Source: a virus
Taxonomy: Duplodnaviria > Caudoviricetes
Length of the DNA: 38,313 nt
IMG/VR virus record: IMGVR_UViG_3300030397_000658
Coordinates: 1-38,313 of that record
Reading direction: 5' to 3' (one strand)
Shown: piece after piece, positions 17,796 to 26,621 of the stretch
Numbering within the stretch: position 1 is the first letter of the stretch
How the letters are laid out: every line of letters begins with the position of its first letter
Made by a program: the position numbers and the translations under genes
Notes under the pieces: generated by a model
What the model was told of the DNA's origin: nothing
The model's input: the letters and a program-made list of their open reading frames with translations, nothing else
The model's database searches: none

Positions 17796-18191
17796 ATGCG
17801 GATAAAATCAGCTAAGGACCAGTTTTCGGTTCAGAAAGCGGGTGGTTATCGACAGTTTGTTGAGCTACACAGCGCGAGACGCTGGCAGACCGGGGTTAAC
17901 TGGGAAGTGCGCGGGATAGTTGCTGCTGAAATTCATCGTTCTGCCTGGGTGGTGAGTTGCCCATTTTGCCGGAATGCTCAGGTTGCCGAGTTTGGTGAGC
18001 CGTTTTTCTGTGTGGATTGTGTGATGCAAGGGAACGGGTTCAAAGCAATGGGGATCATTTTCCCCGAGAACATTGACAAGATTGAGCGTATTCTGCTTAA
18101 GCGTCCTGACCCGAATACACGAAACTGGTTACTCGGTGAAACGATTGAGCAGTTGATTGCTGAGAATATAGATCATGAGGTTGAGGTTTAA
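17796..18191 (+). CDS. CxxC-containing hypothetical protein in the tail module
   Basis: CPFC and CVDC pairs; RNWLLGETIEQLIAEN C-terminus. Confidence 0.65.
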   Translation: MRIKSAKDQFSVQKAGGYRQFVELHSARRWQTGVNWEVRGIVAAEIHRSAWVVSCPFCRNAQVAEFGEPFFCVDCVMQGNGFKAMGIIFPENIDKIERILLKRPDPNTRNWLLGETIEQLIAENIDHEVEV

Positions 18192-18193
18192 TT

Positions 18194-18697
18194 ATGGCGT
18201 GGACCGCACCAACGACCCGTGCGACGGGAGATTTAATCACAGCGAGTATCTACAATGGCGATCTTGTCGATAATCTGCTTGCCCTAAAAGACCCACCTTA
18301 TGCCGAGTATGTGCTGGATGAAGGTGCTGATTACACAACGACTTCATCTACATTTGTGGATATTGATAACACGAATTTGAGCTTAGACCTGACGATTACC
18401 GGGGATACCGTGCTGGTGGGATTTATCGGAAGTTTCCGGGGTAATAATCTGGTGTTTATTGATGTTTCTGTCGATAGTAGCCGGGTTGCCGGTGATGATG
18501 GGATTTTTGGTCAGGGTACATTTAACACCTTGCCGGGGTTGCCCGCAAATTTTGTCCTTCCGGTGACGGGATTAACACCCGGACTGCGTAATTTCAAACT
18601 GCAATGGAAAACGAATGGAACAGCTTATTTGTATGCAGGTGCCGGAACATCGAATGGGGATATTCATCCGAGATTCTTTGTAGTGGAGATGGGTTAA
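18194..18697 (+). CDS. Tail fibre / receptor-binding-like protein
   Basis: MAWTAPTT...GDLITASIYN N-terminus and GLTPG...FKLQWK C-terminal beta domain. Confidence 0.7.
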   Translation: MAWTAPTTRATGDLITASIYNGDLVDNLLALKDPPYAEYVLDEGADYTTTSSTFVDIDNTNLSLDLTITGDTVLVGFIGSFRGNNLVFIDVSVDSSRVAGDDGIFGQGTFNTLPGLPANFVLPVTGLTPGLRNFKLQWKTNGTAYLYAGAGTSNGDIHPRFFVVEMG

Positions 18698-19167
18698 TGG
18701 TTACAGAGGTTCGACATACTGCATATCTTTCCCTTGCTGTTATTGATGTGATAGCAAACCTGGCTAATCCTCAATCATCCGGGGCGAGTGCCGGGCGTCC
18801 CAGAGCCGGGGATACGGGGTGGTCTGCTATTTATTTACCGGATGGTGCGAGTGCTTCTGAGATCGGGGTGATTGAGGCGGCATTTGCTGCTTTTGATAGC
18901 CTGACCCCGTTAGCGAGTTTGACTGTTATCCCGGGTGATGATGCGACTGAAACGATTATCACGCTGGCGATAGCTGATAGTGATATGAAATGGGTGATTG
19001 TGGATAGTCTCGGTGATGTGGTTGGTGAGGGAGATGAGGCGACGGTTGCCGGGGTATTGACACTCGAATTTGCTACGAATGTCCCTGATGTATATGACAT
19101 CTATTTGATTCGTAAGACGGGTGATTTCGCCTGTGGTCATGTGACCATCACGGTTACGGAGGTTTGA
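18697..19167 (+). CDS. Hypothetical tail-associated protein
   Basis: ATG overlaps the previous stop; beta-rich C-terminus. Confidence 0.6.
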   Translation: MVTEVRHTAYLSLAVIDVIANLANPQSSGASAGRPRAGDTGWSAIYLPDGASASEIGVIEAAFAAFDSLTPLASLTVIPGDDATETIITLAIADSDMKWVIVDSLGDVVGEGDEATVAGVLTLEFATNVPDVYDIYLIRKTGDFACGHVTITVTEV

Positions 19168-19168
19168 G

Positions 19169-19420
19169 ATGGCTAAGATTGGTCTGAATACTAAAGAGGG
19201 GTCAGCCCGGAGTTCCAAGAAAGAATTCGTTCAGGCGAAGGCGAATGCTGCTCTGACACAGATTAATAATGATATTGATGATATTGAGGCTGATGAGCTT
19301 CTGCTCCCGGCTGCTACAAATACACAGCTTAAGGAGATTCTCGGGAATGTGCTTGCCCGTCAGAAACGGGAGTTGAGGCGAGAACGGGCTGTGATTCGTT
19401 ATCTTGCTGCTCAGGTTTAG
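19169..19420 (+). CDS. Hypothetical helical protein
   Basis: 83-aa ORF with RBS GGAGG. Confidence 0.6.
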   Translation: MAKIGLNTKEGSARSSKKEFVQAKANAALTQINNDIDDIEADELLLPAATNTQLKEILGNVLARQKRELRRERAVIRYLAAQV

Positions 19421-19452
19421 CTCTGAGGAATGTGCCTTATTCAGATGAAAGT

Positions 19453-19481
19453 GCTTTAGGGAGCTTGCCGGGTGGTAAGCT
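19453..19481 (+). promoter_or_regulatory. Variant late promoter ahead of the lysis module
   Basis: GCTTTAG-N16-TAAGCT: one mismatch to GCGTTAG, same spacing. Confidence 0.55.
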
Positions 19482-19511
19482 TTTTGCATTCTGATTTATG
19501 GAGACCGCAAA

Positions 19512-19985
19512 ATGCAAAAATCAATTGATAATGTCAAAAACGAATGGTCTGAAGTTCCTTTCACTACCCGGTTTATCTGGTTGCTAGGAACTATCATGAT
19601 TGTTTCCGCTTACAGTATTTTTGTGCGCCCGGACAATCGTGTCGCCGACCATATTCTGGCACGGTTCGGTTTTGAGCCGACATTTGTATCCTTTTCGTTG
19701 TTTGTTTCGGGGATATTGATTATCGTTGGATACGGTTTCTCCCGTAATCTGAGCATGGTGACTGTGTTTTGTTTGCCCGGGATACTCTGGTTTGTGTCAC
19801 TTGTGATTCAGGTTGGACAATCCCCCTCTGAACCTATTATGCACCTGGTAACGGCCGGTTCTCTAATCGCTTCTATAATCTTCACATTTCGATTGACCGG
19901 GCATCTGGATCGCTTAGAGCGAGAAAATCAGAAATTATTTGAAGCTAACCAGGCATTCCTGGATAAACCCGGCGATAAGGAATAA
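19512..19985 (+). CDS. Four-TM membrane protein, holin candidate
   Basis: Four hydrophobic segments and a charged C-terminal tail; first gene of the lysis-position operon. Confidence 0.55.
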   Translation: MQKSIDNVKNEWSEVPFTTRFIWLLGTIMIVSAYSIFVRPDNRVADHILARFGFEPTFVSFSLFVSGILIIVGYGFSRNLSMVTVFCLPGILWFVSLVIQVGQSPSEPIMHLVTAGSLIASIIFTFRLTGHLDRLERENQKLFEANQAFLDKPGDKE

Positions 19986-19988
19986 ATT

Positions 19989-20603
19989 TTGAGTATTGAA
20001 GCATTAGGGGTATTTATCGGTAGTGCTTTAGCCTGGTTTGTGATCACGCTGGGCAGAAAGGTAGAAACACCAGAAGCGACTACTGTGAGACGCGCCCGCC
20101 GTGCAAACCGCAAAGATGATCAGGTGGACATGGATAGCATCCGGCAATCTGTTGATGCTGTATATGCTACCTCTGTTGTATCCAAGCGCTTGCTGGATCG
20201 CTTCGATAAGATTGAGGAAACTCAGCGACTCGAAAAAGAGAAAATAGATGAAAAGTTTGCTGAGATGGAAAAGAAAATTGAGACCCTAACTAAAGATAAT
20301 GAGAAGTTGAATCAGCGAGTGGAAAAATTGCGCTTGCTTATTTTCAAGCTGACGGGGGTTAAATATACCACCGAGGAAATTGATGAGCTTGACCCTGATG
20401 ATATTACTCTGGTTCTGTCATCAGCTTTAATTGATGAAGTGAATAAACAAGTTGAGGAGAAATCGAATGGAAAACCTGCTGAAACGAATGACGCGCATGA
20501 TAAATCCGGTCCATCTGCTGAAGCGAATCACGATTCTATTGCTGATTCTGTTGACAGCGAGTCCAATACTGGCTCAGGAGGAGGGGATAATCCCGGGGAT
20601 TGA
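19989..20603 (+). CDS. Membrane-anchored coiled-coil protein (lysis module)
   Basis: N-terminal hydrophobic helix and heptad-rich middle; TTG start. Confidence 0.6.
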   Translation: MSIEALGVFIGSALAWFVITLGRKVETPEATTVRRARRANRKDDQVDMDSIRQSVDAVYATSVVSKRLLDRFDKIEETQRLEKEKIDEKFAEMEKKIETLTKDNEKLNQRVEKLRLLIFKLTGVKYTTEEIDELDPDDITLVLSSALIDEVNKQVEEKSNGKPAETNDAHDKSGPSAEANHDSIADSVDSESNTGSGGGDNPGD

Positions 20604-20937
20604 TGCTGATTCTGAGGAGACGATTATCGGGATGCTGGTGGTTGCAGCGATTGCGATTGTGATGATTTTGATAGACGGGTTCAAGACCGGGCGTGTTATG
20701 CAAAGTGCCGGGGATAGTATCCGCTATGTGATTAATCATCAGGGGATTGGTGATGCGGTTGAGCGACGTGTGGCAAATTGGGATGAGAAGCATCGCCGTT
20801 ATGCTAATGCAATTTTTGATGTGTTCGACCCGCACACGAATTTTGATTGGACTGATTTAGATGATGATATTAAGGCATGGTACATAGATAAGTTCGATGG
20901 TGTGGTTGAGCCTCCAGAAGCACCGGGTATTGGTTGA
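20467..20937 (+). CDS. Signal-peptide/membrane protein overlapping the previous gene
   Basis: RBS GAGGAG before ATG 20467, signal-like KRITILLLILLTASPILA-QEE, and a second hydrophobic helix. Confidence 0.6.
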   Translation: MENLLKRMTRMINPVHLLKRITILLLILLTASPILAQEEGIIPGIDADSEETIIGMLVVAAIAIVMILIDGFKTGRVMQSAGDSIRYVINHQGIGDAVERRVANWDEKHRRYANAIFDVFDPHTNFDWTDLDDDIKAWYIDKFDGVVEPPEAPGIG

Positions 20938-22565
20938 TGAGTGAGTATTTCAAAATCCCCTCTGGCAAGCGCTTTGTGGGGATTAATTTTGACGGGTTGC
21001 AACTCGGTGATCGGGATTATGCGCTTGAGGTTGCTCAGGCAGTTAATGCGATTAGCTATACCTCGATGGACGATTGGGGTTTCACGAAACAGCTTCAGTC
21101 GGTCGTGCCGGGGAGCAATGTATCGCACCGTCTCTGGAGTCCTTTTGGAATAGAGCCTGATACGCATACCTATTTAGAAGTTGGTCCGATTGATTACTGT
21201 AATCGACTGGCTGATTTTGGTGATCCTGAAACACTAATGCACCTGCTGAATGAGCCTACATCGGATAATGTGCCTTATCTGGTGGATTGGCTGATTGCTG
21301 CGATGGATTATTGCGGTGAGAACGGGGTACGCCCGCAACGTTTGCTGGTGGGTAATCTCGCTGTGGATAAGTCGTTTCAGCATCAGGGGAAGTCTATCCG
21401 ATGGGAAAGCCACTGGTTACGGCTGGGGGAGGCTTTTCAGAGACATCTCGGGTGGCATGTATTCGGGATGACGAATTATTTTATGGGGGATTATCGCGCC
21501 TCGCTGGTGCCGGGCTATCCTCATAATTTGCTGGATGATGAGCCGGATTGGGTGAATGAAATTCATCATCGCGCCCCTAAGCTCGAACGGTTGCCGAATG
21601 GTGATTTACCTCCTTACTGGCATGGTTACGCTTATTTGTGGTGGTTCATTCTGCTGAAAGAACGGGGTTATGAAATCCCCTATCATAAGGCTCAGGAGAC
21701 TTTGCTGGATGAGAAATGGGATGAGGGGTCAGAGTTGATTCAGGCTTATATCTCCATTAATTATCCTAATCATTACAATAACGGAATAGCCAGAGGCTTA
21801 TGGACATGGGAAGGATTTGTAAAAACAGTTGACCCACGTCCGTACGTTAGTATTTTGCTGAGTCAGTTTGATGCTCGCACGACAATTCATGAACAGCTTG
21901 AGCGGGAAAATCCTGAATTACGGGGTAAACAACTCGGGGATAATGTTTTTCAGTGGACTACGGCTAAGAATTGGGAGAAAGCAGGGCATTCTATCTTTAG
22001 CCTGAATGATGGTGGTCAGCGTGCTTTGTTGCATCAGGGTATGGCGAGTGTGAGACCTTTTCAGGTAACAATTTCGGACGACACCCGTCCAATTCCTTCT
22101 CTGCCTGAATTGCCCGAGCCGGATGATGAGGGATGGTCTGATTATGGTGAGTTCTATGTGCTGGAGGGGTTACGCTTACGCAAAAAGCCGGGCATCGATG
22201 GTGAGATAATCACTCAATTGGGTTCGGATGGTTTCGGGCGTTTGCACGATTCATCGTTCGGTGATGCTGATGGTTTTCGCTGGCGTGCAGTTGAGATGGA
22301 TGAATTACCGGGCTTTGTTGCTGAATATAAGCTGAGTGAGCCGGATGATAAGTATTTTACACATTATGTCCCTGAAGAGATGCCAGAGCCTGACCCTCCT
22401 GTGAGTGAGCGTCAGAGTATTTATATGGTGAAGTTAGGTGAGCGCTCTGTGATGGTGACTGAATTTGAGCGAGAAATCTGGCTGGAGCGATTGAATCAGC
22501 AAATTGATGGGGCGAATTCGGCTAAGTATGCGCTCGAACATGCTATACTTATCTCTGAGGAATAG
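20934..22565 (+). CDS. Putative endolysin: glycoside-hydrolase-like domain plus SH3b domain
   Basis: HLLNEP clan-A-like motif, proline-rich linkers, and SH3b-like LRLRKKPGIDGEII...DGFRWRAV...GFVAE. Confidence 0.55.
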   Translation: MMSEYFKIPSGKRFVGINFDGLQLGDRDYALEVAQAVNAISYTSMDDWGFTKQLQSVVPGSNVSHRLWSPFGIEPDTHTYLEVGPIDYCNRLADFGDPETLMHLLNEPTSDNVPYLVDWLIAAMDYCGENGVRPQRLLVGNLAVDKSFQHQGKSIRWESHWLRLGEAFQRHLGWHVFGMTNYFMGDYRASLVPGYPHNLLDDEPDWVNEIHHRAPKLERLPNGDLPPYWHGYAYLWWFILLKERGYEIPYHKAQETLLDEKWDEGSELIQAYISINYPNHYNNGIARGLWTWEGFVKTVDPRPYVSILLSQFDARTTIHEQLERENPELRGKQLGDNVFQWTTAKNWEKAGHSIFSLNDGGQRALLHQGMASVRPFQVTISDDTRPIPSLPELPEPDDEGWSDYGEFYVLEGLRLRKKPGIDGEIITQLGSDGFGRLHDSSFGDADGFRWRAVEMDELPGFVAEYKLSEPDDKYFTHYVPEEMPEPDPPVSERQSIYMVKLGERSVMVTEFEREIWLERLNQQIDGANSAKYALEHAILISEE

Positions 22566-22583
22566 GTATTATCAGGAGGAACG

Positions 22584-23012
22584 ATGAATAAGTGGTTCAA
22601 GGGGCTTAGAAATCTGGTGATAGCCGGTATCCTGCTGTGTGGCGGGATTTTCTGGTTACAGAGCCAGCAGGGTGAGCCTGATATTCCTGAGACGCTTCAG
22701 GAGGCAATTGAGTCCGAGTTATCGACTAATCTCCGAGATATTTTCGATAATGATATTGTGGTGGTGAGTTTTGATAGCCGGGCTGATGTGAGCTTTGTTG
22801 AGTTCCAGATGCAAGAGATGCTCTGTGCTGCCAGGGACTTCACTGACAAGGGGATGCGATTCAGTGCCTTTATGCCGGATGGTGATGAGCGGATAAACGG
22901 GCTGACGGTAGAATTTTCTGCTGAGGAGGTGCAAGCTTTCCCGTGTGATGCTGGAGGTCAGGTAGAGTTAGAACCGATTGCTGATTATGATTTGAACCCG
23001 AGGTTTCGATGA
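22584..23012 (+). CDS. Membrane-anchored or secreted hypothetical protein
   Basis: RBS AGGAGG, N-terminal basic plus hydrophobic segment, two Cys in the soluble part. Confidence 0.7.
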   Translation: MNKWFKGLRNLVIAGILLCGGIFWLQSQQGEPDIPETLQEAIESELSTNLRDIFDNDIVVVSFDSRADVSFVEFQMQEMLCAARDFTDKGMRFSAFMPDGDERINGLTVEFSAEEVQAFPCDAGGQVELEPIADYDLNPRFR

Positions 23013-23224
23013 ATAAGACAAGGGATGAGATTTATAACATCTTAGCATCAGGAGGCATTAGCTGGCGGGAGGCTACCCGGAATTTGCTGGCTTTATCCGG
23101 GCGAGAGGTTATTATCTCTCCTGATGACTGCTTTCTGGATGTTGAGGATGCTTCAGATGGTCTGCCTATCAGTGAGACTGAATATCGTCATGTTTATCTT
23201 GATATAATCGAAGATTTGCCATGA
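23009..23224 (+). CDS. Hypothetical protein
   Basis: ATGA-coupled 71-aa ORF. Confidence 0.6.
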   Translation: MNKTRDEIYNILASGGISWREATRNLLALSGREVIISPDDCFLDVEDASDGLPISETEYRHVYLDIIEDLP

Positions 23225-23361
23225 AGCGCTGGTTTTACAGGAAAATCCGGGAGAGTGGTGATGAGAAAGTACCTGTTCCGTTACGGGTTCGCTTATTGTG
23301 GTGGCTTGCGATTGTGAGTTTCTGCGGGCTGATGTGGTATCGGCTTTCAGTGACGGGGTGA
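23221..23361 (+). CDS. Small single-TM protein (46 aa)
   Basis: ATGA overlap; LLWWLAIVSFCGLMWY hydrophobic helix. Confidence 0.5.
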   Translation: MKRWFYRKIRESGDEKVPVPLRVRLLWWLAIVSFCGLMWYRLSVTG

Positions 23362-23365
23362 ATTA

Positions 23366-23392
23366 AAGAGACCTGCCGGATAGCAGGTCTTT
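23366..23392. terminator. Hairpin terminator between convergent operons
   Basis: AAGAGACCTGC-CGGATA-GCAGGTCTTT. Confidence 0.7.
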
Positions 23393-23439
23393 CAATCAGG
23401 GGGGGTAGCCTGATAAATGGATAGTTTGATTGTTATCCA

Positions 23440-23469
23440 GATGGTGCGTGGTTACGCCCTTATGATTCG
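23440..23469. repeat. 30-bp direct repeat, second copy at 23767-23796 (one mismatch)
   Basis: GATGGTG(C/A)GTGGTTACGCCCTTATGATTCG. Confidence 0.9.
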
Positions 23470-23699
23470 ATTCTTACACGTAGTTTGATTGTCAATTCTC
23501 CGCTATCGCCATCATATTCAAATGTCATCGCAATGCCTCCGGTGAGGGTGGCATCGTATTCAGGTGGTGTATTTCTATCCAGATGAATTTGACCGAGTCT
23601 TATAATCTCAGCATGTACAATAGCCCCAACAAACTCGCCATTCCAGCTTTGTGCTGTTAATGCTACTCCGCCGGGCTTTCTATTTTCCCATTTGGTCAT
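23460..23699 (-). CDS. Hypothetical protein, cassette unit A (79 aa)
   Basis: RBS AGGGAG; starts MTKWE and ends IES. Confidence 0.65.
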   Translation of the reverse strand: MTKWENRKPGGVALTAQSWNGEFVGAIVHAEIIRLGQIHLDRNTPPEYDATLTGGIAMTFEYDGDSGELTIKLRVRIES

Positions 23700-23786
23700 G
23701 ATGTATCGCTCCCTACTCTTTGAACTTGACGCGAATAGTTTTCTGAATTTTTGAGATAGCCGGTTTGATGGTGAGTGGTTACGCCC

Positions 23787-24026
23787 TTATGATTCGTCTA
23801 TTTCTACGGGATGCCAGTTGCCATCGTCATCACGATAGATTAACTGACCTGTTTTGATTTTGTGACCGGGCTGGAGTTTGATGGTCACGGGTTTTGTTTC
23901 TGGACCGGGGATATGATTAAATATCCTGTCTAACAGCAGTTCATAATTTCCCTGCTTCATAAGTTCTTCCCATTCAGCAGCCGCGATTGCTTCTTCTTGC
24001 GTGCGTGGTTTTTCCCAGTTGGTCAT
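23787..24026 (-). CDS. Hypothetical protein, cassette unit B (79 aa)
   Basis: RBS AGGAG; starts MTNWE and ends DES. Confidence 0.7.
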   Translation of the reverse strand: MTNWEKPRTQEEAIAAAEWEELMKQGNYELLLDRIFNHIPGPETKPVTIKLQPGHKIKTGQLIYRDDDGNWHPVEIDES

Positions 24027-24053
24027 GTGGTTTCTCCTGTTTCTATAATTAGA

Positions 24054-25592
24054 TTATACAGCATCTTGCAAGGGTTGCTGACGGGCTGGTGTGGCGAATG
24101 TGACTACATTGCTGAGACGGGCTTTCGATAGCTTGATGAGTGGTCCGCAATAGGTCATGGTGGTATCCAGACTGGCGTGACGATATTGACGCTGAATTGC
24201 ATCAATTGAGACATTTTCGAGCCGGGCGATTGCGCCATAGGTTCGTCGGCAATCGTGGGGTGAGATTTCAAAGCCGAGGACATCTCTGCTGATGCGCTTC
24301 ACAATCCTGCTGATACCATCATTTGTCATGCCTGTTGCTTTATTGCCCTTGCGCTTGCCTCCCTTGAGGAGAGGTTGCCAGATGGGTGTATCCCGGGTTA
24401 TACGGCGCGGGTCTCCTTCTTCGTAAGGTTCATTGTAAGCTTCAATATATTCACAAATCAATCCCAGAGCGAAGGGGTCAAAATCTGTCGGGTCCTCGTT
24501 GTTTCTTTTGCCCATGACGGTGGTGACATAGCCATCTTCTACCCTTTGAATATCAGCCAGGGTTAAGCGCTGTAATTCCGAGAGTCTGAGTGCGACGGTG
24601 AATGCCGTATACATGAGGGCATAATCGCGCTTATCCCGTAAGTTTCGCAGGTCAAATGAGGATAAGATACTATCAACCTGAGATTTAGTGAGGCGATTGC
24701 CATGAGCATATAGCGCTGATTGGTGGGTGGTTTTCTTGGACTTCGGGTTTTTGATTGCGAGTGCCTCATCCAGATAGTTTTTGTATTTGATGATTTCCAT
24801 AGCATCCCCTGAATCAATGCGCTGGAGACGTAATTTCTGGAGATAGAGACGGAGGGGTGCCATGTATTTGCTGGCGATTGTTCGGGCTGAGAGTCCATTA
24901 CCTCCCCGTTGGTTGGGTTTGCTGTGCATGAGATGGGCTATATACCTTTGAACCAGTTCGGTATCGGGGAAGGGGTGAGCCAGATTATCCAGGGCATTTG
25001 TCCACTGGAAGAAGTAGCTCAGTCCTCTATTGTAGATGACTTTTGTATTGTCGGTGCTTCCGGTGCTGCCGAGGGTGGCGATGTGTGCTGCTACCTGTTC
25101 GAGTGCTTTCGCCGGTGAGAAGTATTTGAGCCAGTTGTAATCATGCTCGAATTGTGCCTCAGCATCAATATCTAGCAAAGCGGTTTTATCGAGAACTACA
25201 ATCTCACTATCACCTTCTGCTAGTTCGTAAGGCGTTTTCTGCTTCCTGTCAAAATAGTAGGACGCTGCATGAATAATCTGAGCGTGCCATTGCTTTACAA
25301 TCCCCCGGGGATTCGGTTGCTGGTCTGCCATGTTTCGCAGAACCCGCTTATAATATCCAAGCATCTGATATATGTACTCTCCTCTGTATGAGGATGACAG
25401 TTGCTTTATAATTCGATCCACTTCCTCATAAGATGGCAGATGTTCAATGTTTACGGTATTCAATAGACTCGCTAACTTGCGTCTTTCGCCTCCGTTATTA
25501 GTGTACCAATCCCGTATAGGTATTGACTTCAAAGCTTGCTCAATTGCTTGCTGATAATCAAAGTAATCTGTCCATTGTTTTGCGGTGGTCAT
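24054..25592 (-). CDS. Tyrosine recombinase with long N-terminal extension
   Basis: RDYAL...ALRLSE, GK, HDCRR and RHASLDTTMTY give the R-K-H-R-H-Y catalytic set. Confidence 0.9.
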   Translation of the reverse strand: MTTAKQWTDYFDYQQAIEQALKSIPIRDWYTNNGGERRKLASLLNTVNIEHLPSYEEVDRIIKQLSSSYRGEYIYQMLGYYKRVLRNMADQQPNPRGIVKQWHAQIIHAASYYFDRKQKTPYELAEGDSEIVVLDKTALLDIDAEAQFEHDYNWLKYFSPAKALEQVAAHIATLGSTGSTDNTKVIYNRGLSYFFQWTNALDNLAHPFPDTELVQRYIAHLMHSKPNQRGGNGLSARTIASKYMAPLRLYLQKLRLQRIDSGDAMEIIKYKNYLDEALAIKNPKSKKTTHQSALYAHGNRLTKSQVDSILSSFDLRNLRDKRDYALMYTAFTVALRLSELQRLTLADIQRVEDGYVTTVMGKRNNEDPTDFDPFALGLICEYIEAYNEPYEEGDPRRITRDTPIWQPLLKGGKRKGNKATGMTNDGISRIVKRISRDVLGFEISPHDCRRTYGAIARLENVSIDAIQRQYRHASLDTTMTYCGPLIKLSKARLSNVVTFATPARQQPLQDAV

Positions 25593-25602
25593 TGGTTTGC
25601 TC

Positions 25603-25857
25603 CTATCGGTTTAAGAGTTCTGCGATTTTTCGGATGGCAGAGGCTGAGGCTTCGCTTTCTAATTTAAAGCCGGATTCCCCTGCTATAAACAGGTAGTGCT
25701 TGCCATCAATGATTTCGATGGTGTTGTTGTGCGGGTTCGGGTAATCATCGGGGACCAACAACAAAATTTCATAGCGCCATGAATTGGTGAAGTGTTTGTA
25801 ATCGGTGAAAAAGATACGCCCGATTAGTTTGCCATCAATTGCTGTTAGTTGTTTCAT
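25603..25857 (-). CDS. Hypothetical early protein
   Basis: Coupled ORF in the leftward operon with RBS GAGGA. Confidence 0.6.
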   Translation of the reverse strand: MKQLTAIDGKLIGRIFFTDYKHFTNSWRYEILLLVPDDYPNPHNNTIEIIDGKHYLFIAGESGFKLESEASASAIRKIAELLNR

Positions 25858-26135
25858 CTGGATTGTTCCTCTTCCACGAAATAAATTAAGAAGTTCTCTG
25901 GAGCTACAGCTCCATTTATGGTGAAGTGATAGCGATCAAGCACTTTCACATTTTTTACGTGACCTATGTGATAGCCGAGTTGAATTACCAGGTCGTTCTC
26001 GGTTTGTTGTTCCTGTGTAGCCGGTCCCTCTTCAAGAGCAAAATAAAATGCTGGAGGCAGTTTATCCGGTGATTCGACATATTCTCTCAGGGTGATTTGC
26101 TTCAGTTTGTATCCTTCAAGTGTAAAGTTGCTCAT
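25854..26135 (-). CDS. Hypothetical early protein
   Basis: RBS GAGGA; 93 aa. Confidence 0.6.
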   Translation of the reverse strand: MSNFTLEGYKLKQITLREYVESPDKLPPAFYFALEEGPATQEQQTENDLVIQLGYHIGHVKNVKVLDRYHFTINGAVAPENFLIYFVEEEQSR

Positions 26136-26205
26136 TACTATTCCTCGCTATAAGTGATATTCCACAGAGTTATCGGTTAAAAAAAAGAGGAGGGGAGTTA
26201 TCCCC

Positions 26206-26409
26206 TTAGCGATAATATTCCCCGAGCTTACGCCCGCACAAATCTTCGAGCCAGAGTATTGAGCGCTGACCGCAAATGTCACATCGTCCTCGCACAAGAA
26301 TGGTAAAGACGAGATTTTGTCTGTCGATGGTGTCACTCTGGATGGTTTGAGTTTTGCAACGCGGGCATTTGTGAACCCCGTCACTATCGGTTACACTATT
26401 TGTTGACAT
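26206..26409 (-). CDS. Zinc-ribbon protein, first gene of the leftward operon
   Basis: CPRC...CDIC pairs. Confidence 0.55.
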   Translation of the reverse strand: MSTNSVTDSDGVHKCPRCKTQTIQSDTIDRQNLVFTILVRGRCDICGQRSILWLEDLCGRKLGEYYR

Positions 26410-26433
26410 GGGAGTTAAACCTCTCTGTTTATG

Positions 26434-26610
26434 CCCCTTGAACGCGACTTGGTAGGTTGGATGTTCAAGGGGTTTGTATTTATCGTTAAATACAGCTTAC
26501 AATATTCCTATTGTGGTGTCAAGTTTGAATAACGTTATTAATACATGTTGTAACCTTATTTTTGTTGACAAAACATTTAAATATGTTTATCGTAGAATAC
26601 ATATTCAAAC
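26434..26610. promoter_or_regulatory. Divergent promoter/operator (genetic switch) region
   Basis: AT-rich. Rightward TTGACA (26564) ... TAGAAT encloses the imperfect palindrome AAACAT-TTAAAT-ATGTTT. A leftward TTGACA lies at 26518-26523, a palindrome AATAACGTTATT nearby, and a hairpin CCCCTTGAAC/GTTCAAGGGG in the leftward leader. Confidence 0.7.
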
Positions 26611-26621
26611 AGGAGTTGCCG

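Noticed and set aside
6917-18697. Diversity-generating retroelement targeting the LamG or tail fibre genes
   Set aside because: I found no reverse transcriptase gene and no template/variable repeat pair differing at adenines.
26410-26621. LexA (GAAC-N4-GTTC) box in the switch region
   Set aside because: GAAC and GTTC occur as arms of a longer hairpin with the wrong spacing.
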